From Escherichia coli (GTDB taxonomy: Bacteria; Pseudomonadota; Gammaproteobacteria; Enterobacterales; Enterobacteriaceae): a DNA stretch of 24,000 nucleotides. The stretch lies in NCBI RefSeq assembly GCF_013340825.1, contig NZ_AP023205.1. One strand, given 5' to 3'. The position numbers and the translations under genes are program-made. Under the pieces are notes generated by a model that saw only the letters and a program-made list of their open reading frames with translations, was not told the DNA's origin and did not search any database. Below, one piece after another: positions 21,380 to 24,000 of this stretch (the first letter of the stretch is position 1; every line of letters starts with the position of its first letter).

Positions 21380-21796
21380 TTATTTTTGTTTAAGTCTTCT
21401 AAGCTTCATGCATTCTAATGAGAATAATAATAGAGTTGTGCTGTATATAAAGCCAGAGTTAGTTAATAACTTTAAATTTAATGCTTCAGGATTTTCACTG
21501 AGAAAGTGAAAGGCATAAACTAAGTATACAGCTAAAGTAGCCGTTCCAATTGTTGGTCCAATATCGCCTTGATCATGAGGTTCAAGGTTTACATTGAACT
21601 TGAAGATTAGCCATTCAAATCCCCAAGTAAAAAAAACAACTAATATCATGGCTGCGAATAATTTCGCGATGTTATCTGCTGATGGATTCATCAGAACAGA
21701 TTGTTTCTGAAAAAATTCACAAAGTGAGAGTCCGAAAAAAATAAAAAAAAGTGGTCTGGAACTAAATTTTTCAAAAACTTTGAATAGGGTTTCCAT
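21380..21796 (-). CDS. Small hypothetical membrane protein (138 aa, about 4 TM segments)
   Basis: METLFKVFEKFSSRPLFFIFFGLSLCEFFQK...LFAAMILVVFFTWGFEWLIFKF...GTATLAVYLVYAFHFL...GFIYSTTLLLFSLECMKLRRLKQK; hydrophobic pattern, no family recognised. Confidence 0.65.
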   Translation of the reverse strand: METLFKVFEKFSSRPLFFIFFGLSLCEFFQKQSVLMNPSADNIAKLFAAMILVVFFTWGFEWLIFKFNVNLEPHDQGDIGPTIGTATLAVYLVYAFHFLSENPEALNLKLLTNSGFIYSTTLLLFSLECMKLRRLKQK

Positions 21797-21834
21797 TTTC
21801 TTTACCTTCAGGATTATATTAGCTATTCTGATAC

Positions 21835-23064
21835 TTAGGCTACCAGAGCATTTGATCTTTGAGCTTGAACGTAATCACTCCACCATTGCATCAAACTCTG
21901 TCGCTCTATCAGATATTCTGCACGATTGTATGCTGCGATAATTTCATCTTTTTTCGAGTGGGCAAGCGCTGCCTCAAGAACTTCAGCTCTGAATTTACCA
22001 GACTCCTCTGCCGCTGTTCGTGCAATAGAACGCATACCGTGAGCTACAAGCTCGCCTCCGAACCCCATTCGGATGATAGCTGCGTTGGCTGTTTGTTCAT
22101 GCATATGATTAAGAGGCGCTTTTATGCTGGGGAAAACCCATTCTCTATGCCCACTTATTGATTTCATTAATTCAAGGATGCGCAAAGCTTCTTTACTCAA
22201 AGGAACTTTGTGAAGCTTTTTCATTTTCATGAAATCAGCAGGAATGTTCCAAATGCTGTTGGTTGTATCAATATCAGACCACCTTGCGCGAACGGCTTCA
22301 CCCGGACGAACCCATGTCAACAATTGCCATTCAATTAGCATACGTGTTTCCAACCGGATTGACGCATTCGTCAAAGATTCCATAAACCTTGGCAATTCGC
22401 TTGGGGGAAGGGCAGGCATATTTTGCTTTTTTGGTTTACTGAATCTTTGACCAAGGTTGTCAGCCGGGTTGAACTCAATAAGTTCTTCAGTAGCTGCCCA
22501 CCGGAAGATTTCATTCAGACGTGAAATGATACGGCGTAGAGTTTCCAATACGCCTCGTTGCTCAATAGGATCAAGGTGTTGTTTTAAGAGCTTAGGTCGG
22601 ATCTCATTGATAGGGACATTACCCAGACCGGGAAAGACATTTCTCTCTAAGCTGCGCCAGATGTCTGCTGCATGGTCTTGTGAGATACCTGATGTCTTTA
22701 CCTTCTCATCTAACCATTTCCGCGCTACGGCTTGGAGAGTGTGCTCAGTAGCACTCTTTAATGCCTTCGCCTTATCGTTGTTATGGATTTGGGGATCAAC
22801 ACCATTTGCCAGAAAGGAGAGATATTCATCACGTAAGGCTCTGGCTCTTGCAAGGGTAAGGTGAGGATATGTCCCAAGGCTCATTTTGGTTCTTTTCTTG
22901 CTCACTGGTACTGCATACCTGAAATACCAATTTTTCTTGCCTCCTTTCGCCAAAGGAGCGATTCGTAGAATCAGACCATCACCGTCAAACAAGTTGATTT
23001 CTTTATCGGCTGGCTTGGTGCTTTTGATTTCAGTGTCAGTGAGCTTCTTAGCGATTTTTGCCAT
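21835..23064 (-). CDS. P4/CP4-57-like tyrosine recombinase (integrase) of an ssrA-integrated island (409 aa from MAKIAKK; ORF opens at 23106 with MGPTKKGPKTEGPK)
   Basis: N-terminal arm-binding domain (LTDTEIKSTKPADKEINLFDGDGLILRI), catalytic-type residues (TWVRPGEAVRARW, LVAHGMRSIARTAAEESG, LAHSKKDEIIAAYNRAEYLIERQSLMQWWSDY), positioned next to the ssrA 3' end. Confidence 0.93.
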   Translation of the reverse strand: MAKIAKKLTDTEIKSTKPADKEINLFDGDGLILRIAPLAKGGKKNWYFRYAVPVSKKRTKMSLGTYPHLTLARARALRDEYLSFLANGVDPQIHNNDKAKALKSATEHTLQAVARKWLDEKVKTSGISQDHAADIWRSLERNVFPGLGNVPINEIRPKLLKQHLDPIEQRGVLETLRRIISRLNEIFRWAATEELIEFNPADNLGQRFSKPKKQNMPALPPSELPRFMESLTNASIRLETRMLIEWQLLTWVRPGEAVRARWSDIDTTNSIWNIPADFMKMKKLHKVPLSKEALRILELMKSISGHREWVFPSIKAPLNHMHEQTANAAIIRMGFGGELVAHGMRSIARTAAEESGKFRAEVLEAALAHSKKDEIIAAYNRAEYLIERQSLMQWWSDYVQAQRSNALVA

Positions 23065-23161
23065 TTTGGGACCCTCGGTTTTTGGACCCTTCTTAGTGGG
23101 TCCCATTCAGGGTGCCATAACTCGTAGTTCTCAGCAATTCTCACTGGACGACAATAGACGT

Positions 23162-23195
23162 AAAAAAGCCCGCAGAGCTTGTGCTGTGTGGGCTT
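23162..23195 (-). terminator. ssrA rho-independent terminator
   Basis: Minus strand: aagcccacacagcacaagctctgcgggcttttttt, with aagccc/gggctt stem and a T tract, ~35 nt beyond the tmRNA 3' end. Confidence 0.75.
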
Positions 23196-23229
23196 AGTAG
23201 ACTTCATTGAACTTCAAACAACTAAAAAG

Positions 23230-23280
23230 TGGTGGAGCTGGCGGGAGTTGAACCCGCGTCCGAAATTCCTACATCCTCGG
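23230..23280. other. Presumed island attachment site (att) within the 3' tRNA-like domain of ssrA
   Basis: The integrase gene is adjacent, and ssrA 3' ends are the standard integration target for this integrase family. The exact core cannot be set because no second copy is present in the window. Confidence 0.5.
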
Positions 23281-23592
23281 TACTACATGCTTAGTCAGTC
23301 TTTACATTCGCTTGCCAGCTGCGGACGGACACGCCACTAACAAACTAGCCTGATTAAGTTTTAACGCTTCAACCCCAGGCAGGGCTTCCACGCGATCTCT
23401 TTTGGGTTTGACCTCTCTTGATCCCCGTCCTAAGAGCGGAGGCTAGGGAGAGAGGGCTCTAAGCAGGTTATTAAGCTGCTAAAGCGTAGTTTTCGTCGTT
23501 TGCGACTATTTTTTGCGGCTTTTTACGAGGCCAACCGCCCCTCGGCATGCACCTTGGGTTTCGCAAATCCCGTCGAATCCAGAATCAGCCCC
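23230..23592 (-). ncRNA. ssrA: tmRNA (SsrA, 10Sa RNA), 363 nt
   Basis: Minus strand begins ggggctgattctggattcgacggg and ends ...ttcaactcccgccagctccacca. Tag reading frame gcaaacgacgaaaactacgctttagcagcttaa encodes ANDENYALAA. Confidence 0.99.
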
Positions 23593-23806
23593 AATGTGTA
23601 AAGGTAAGTATACCAGATTTATGAGCGCCATGACCAGCCTCAATGGCGTTATCGTTAAAGATTTAGCACCCATGTAGCCTGATTTTTATTCGATTAAGCA
23701 ATGGGATGGCAACATTTGTGTCGGATGTGATAGCCAATAAGATGTTCATTCGCGCCGCCGGAGAGGGAGGCGCGGTGAGGAACTGGTCAATAATTGGAGT
23801 GCAGGT

Positions 23807-24000
23807 TTAACGGTGGGCGTTTTTCATGATACGTGCTTTATCCACCTGCCATTCGCGTTCTTTGATATCTGAACGTTTATCGTGCTGTTTTTTACCTTTG
23901 GCGACGCCGATTTTCACTTTGCACCAGGCATTTTTCCAGTACAGGGAGAGCGCCACTACGGTATAGCCTTCTCGATTGACGCGACCGTACAATGAGTCCA
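23807..24000 (-). CDS. smpB: SsrA-binding protein SmpB, C-terminal part (continues past the window end)
   Basis: ...[61 protein letters not shown], upstream of ssrA. Confidence 0.96.

Noticed and set aside
22457-23197. + strand ORFs antisense to the integrase (22457..22864, 22886..23197)
   Set aside because: Opposite a clearly conserved integrase; no initiation or protein-family support.

Overview
The window is an Escherichia coli-type chromosomal segment, read in the opposite orientation to the usual K-12 map. The left ~15 kb is conserved backbone: nrdF(partial)-nrdE-nrdI-nrdH, ygaM, ygaC, alaE, stpA, ygaP-ygaV, yqaE, kbp (ygaU), and csiR-gabP-gabT-gabD-lhgO-csiD. The right end is also backbone: ssrA (tmRNA) and the 3' part of smpB. 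Between them, at ~15.35-23.2 kb, lies an accessory region. It holds a decayed GH13 alpha-amylase-like gene (ygaQ-like), with a missing 5' end and an in-frame TAG. Next comes a full-length IS3 (1258 bp) without matching 3-bp target duplications. Then come a two-gene operon on the + strand, a small membrane protein gene, and an ssrA-type tyrosine integrase. The operon encodes a large GHKL/histidine-kinase ATPase whose N-terminus is cut off at the IS3 edge, and a 583-aa protein with a receiver-like N-terminus and a long unassigned C-terminus. The most interesting candidate is this two-gene signalling module, which may be a defence system on an ssrA-integrated island. The second is the IS3-associated junction, where both flanking genes are 5'-truncated. 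That suggests a deletion that removed the far island end, part of the ATPase and probably some backbone. All assignments come from reading the sequence and recalled protein families; no database search was run.
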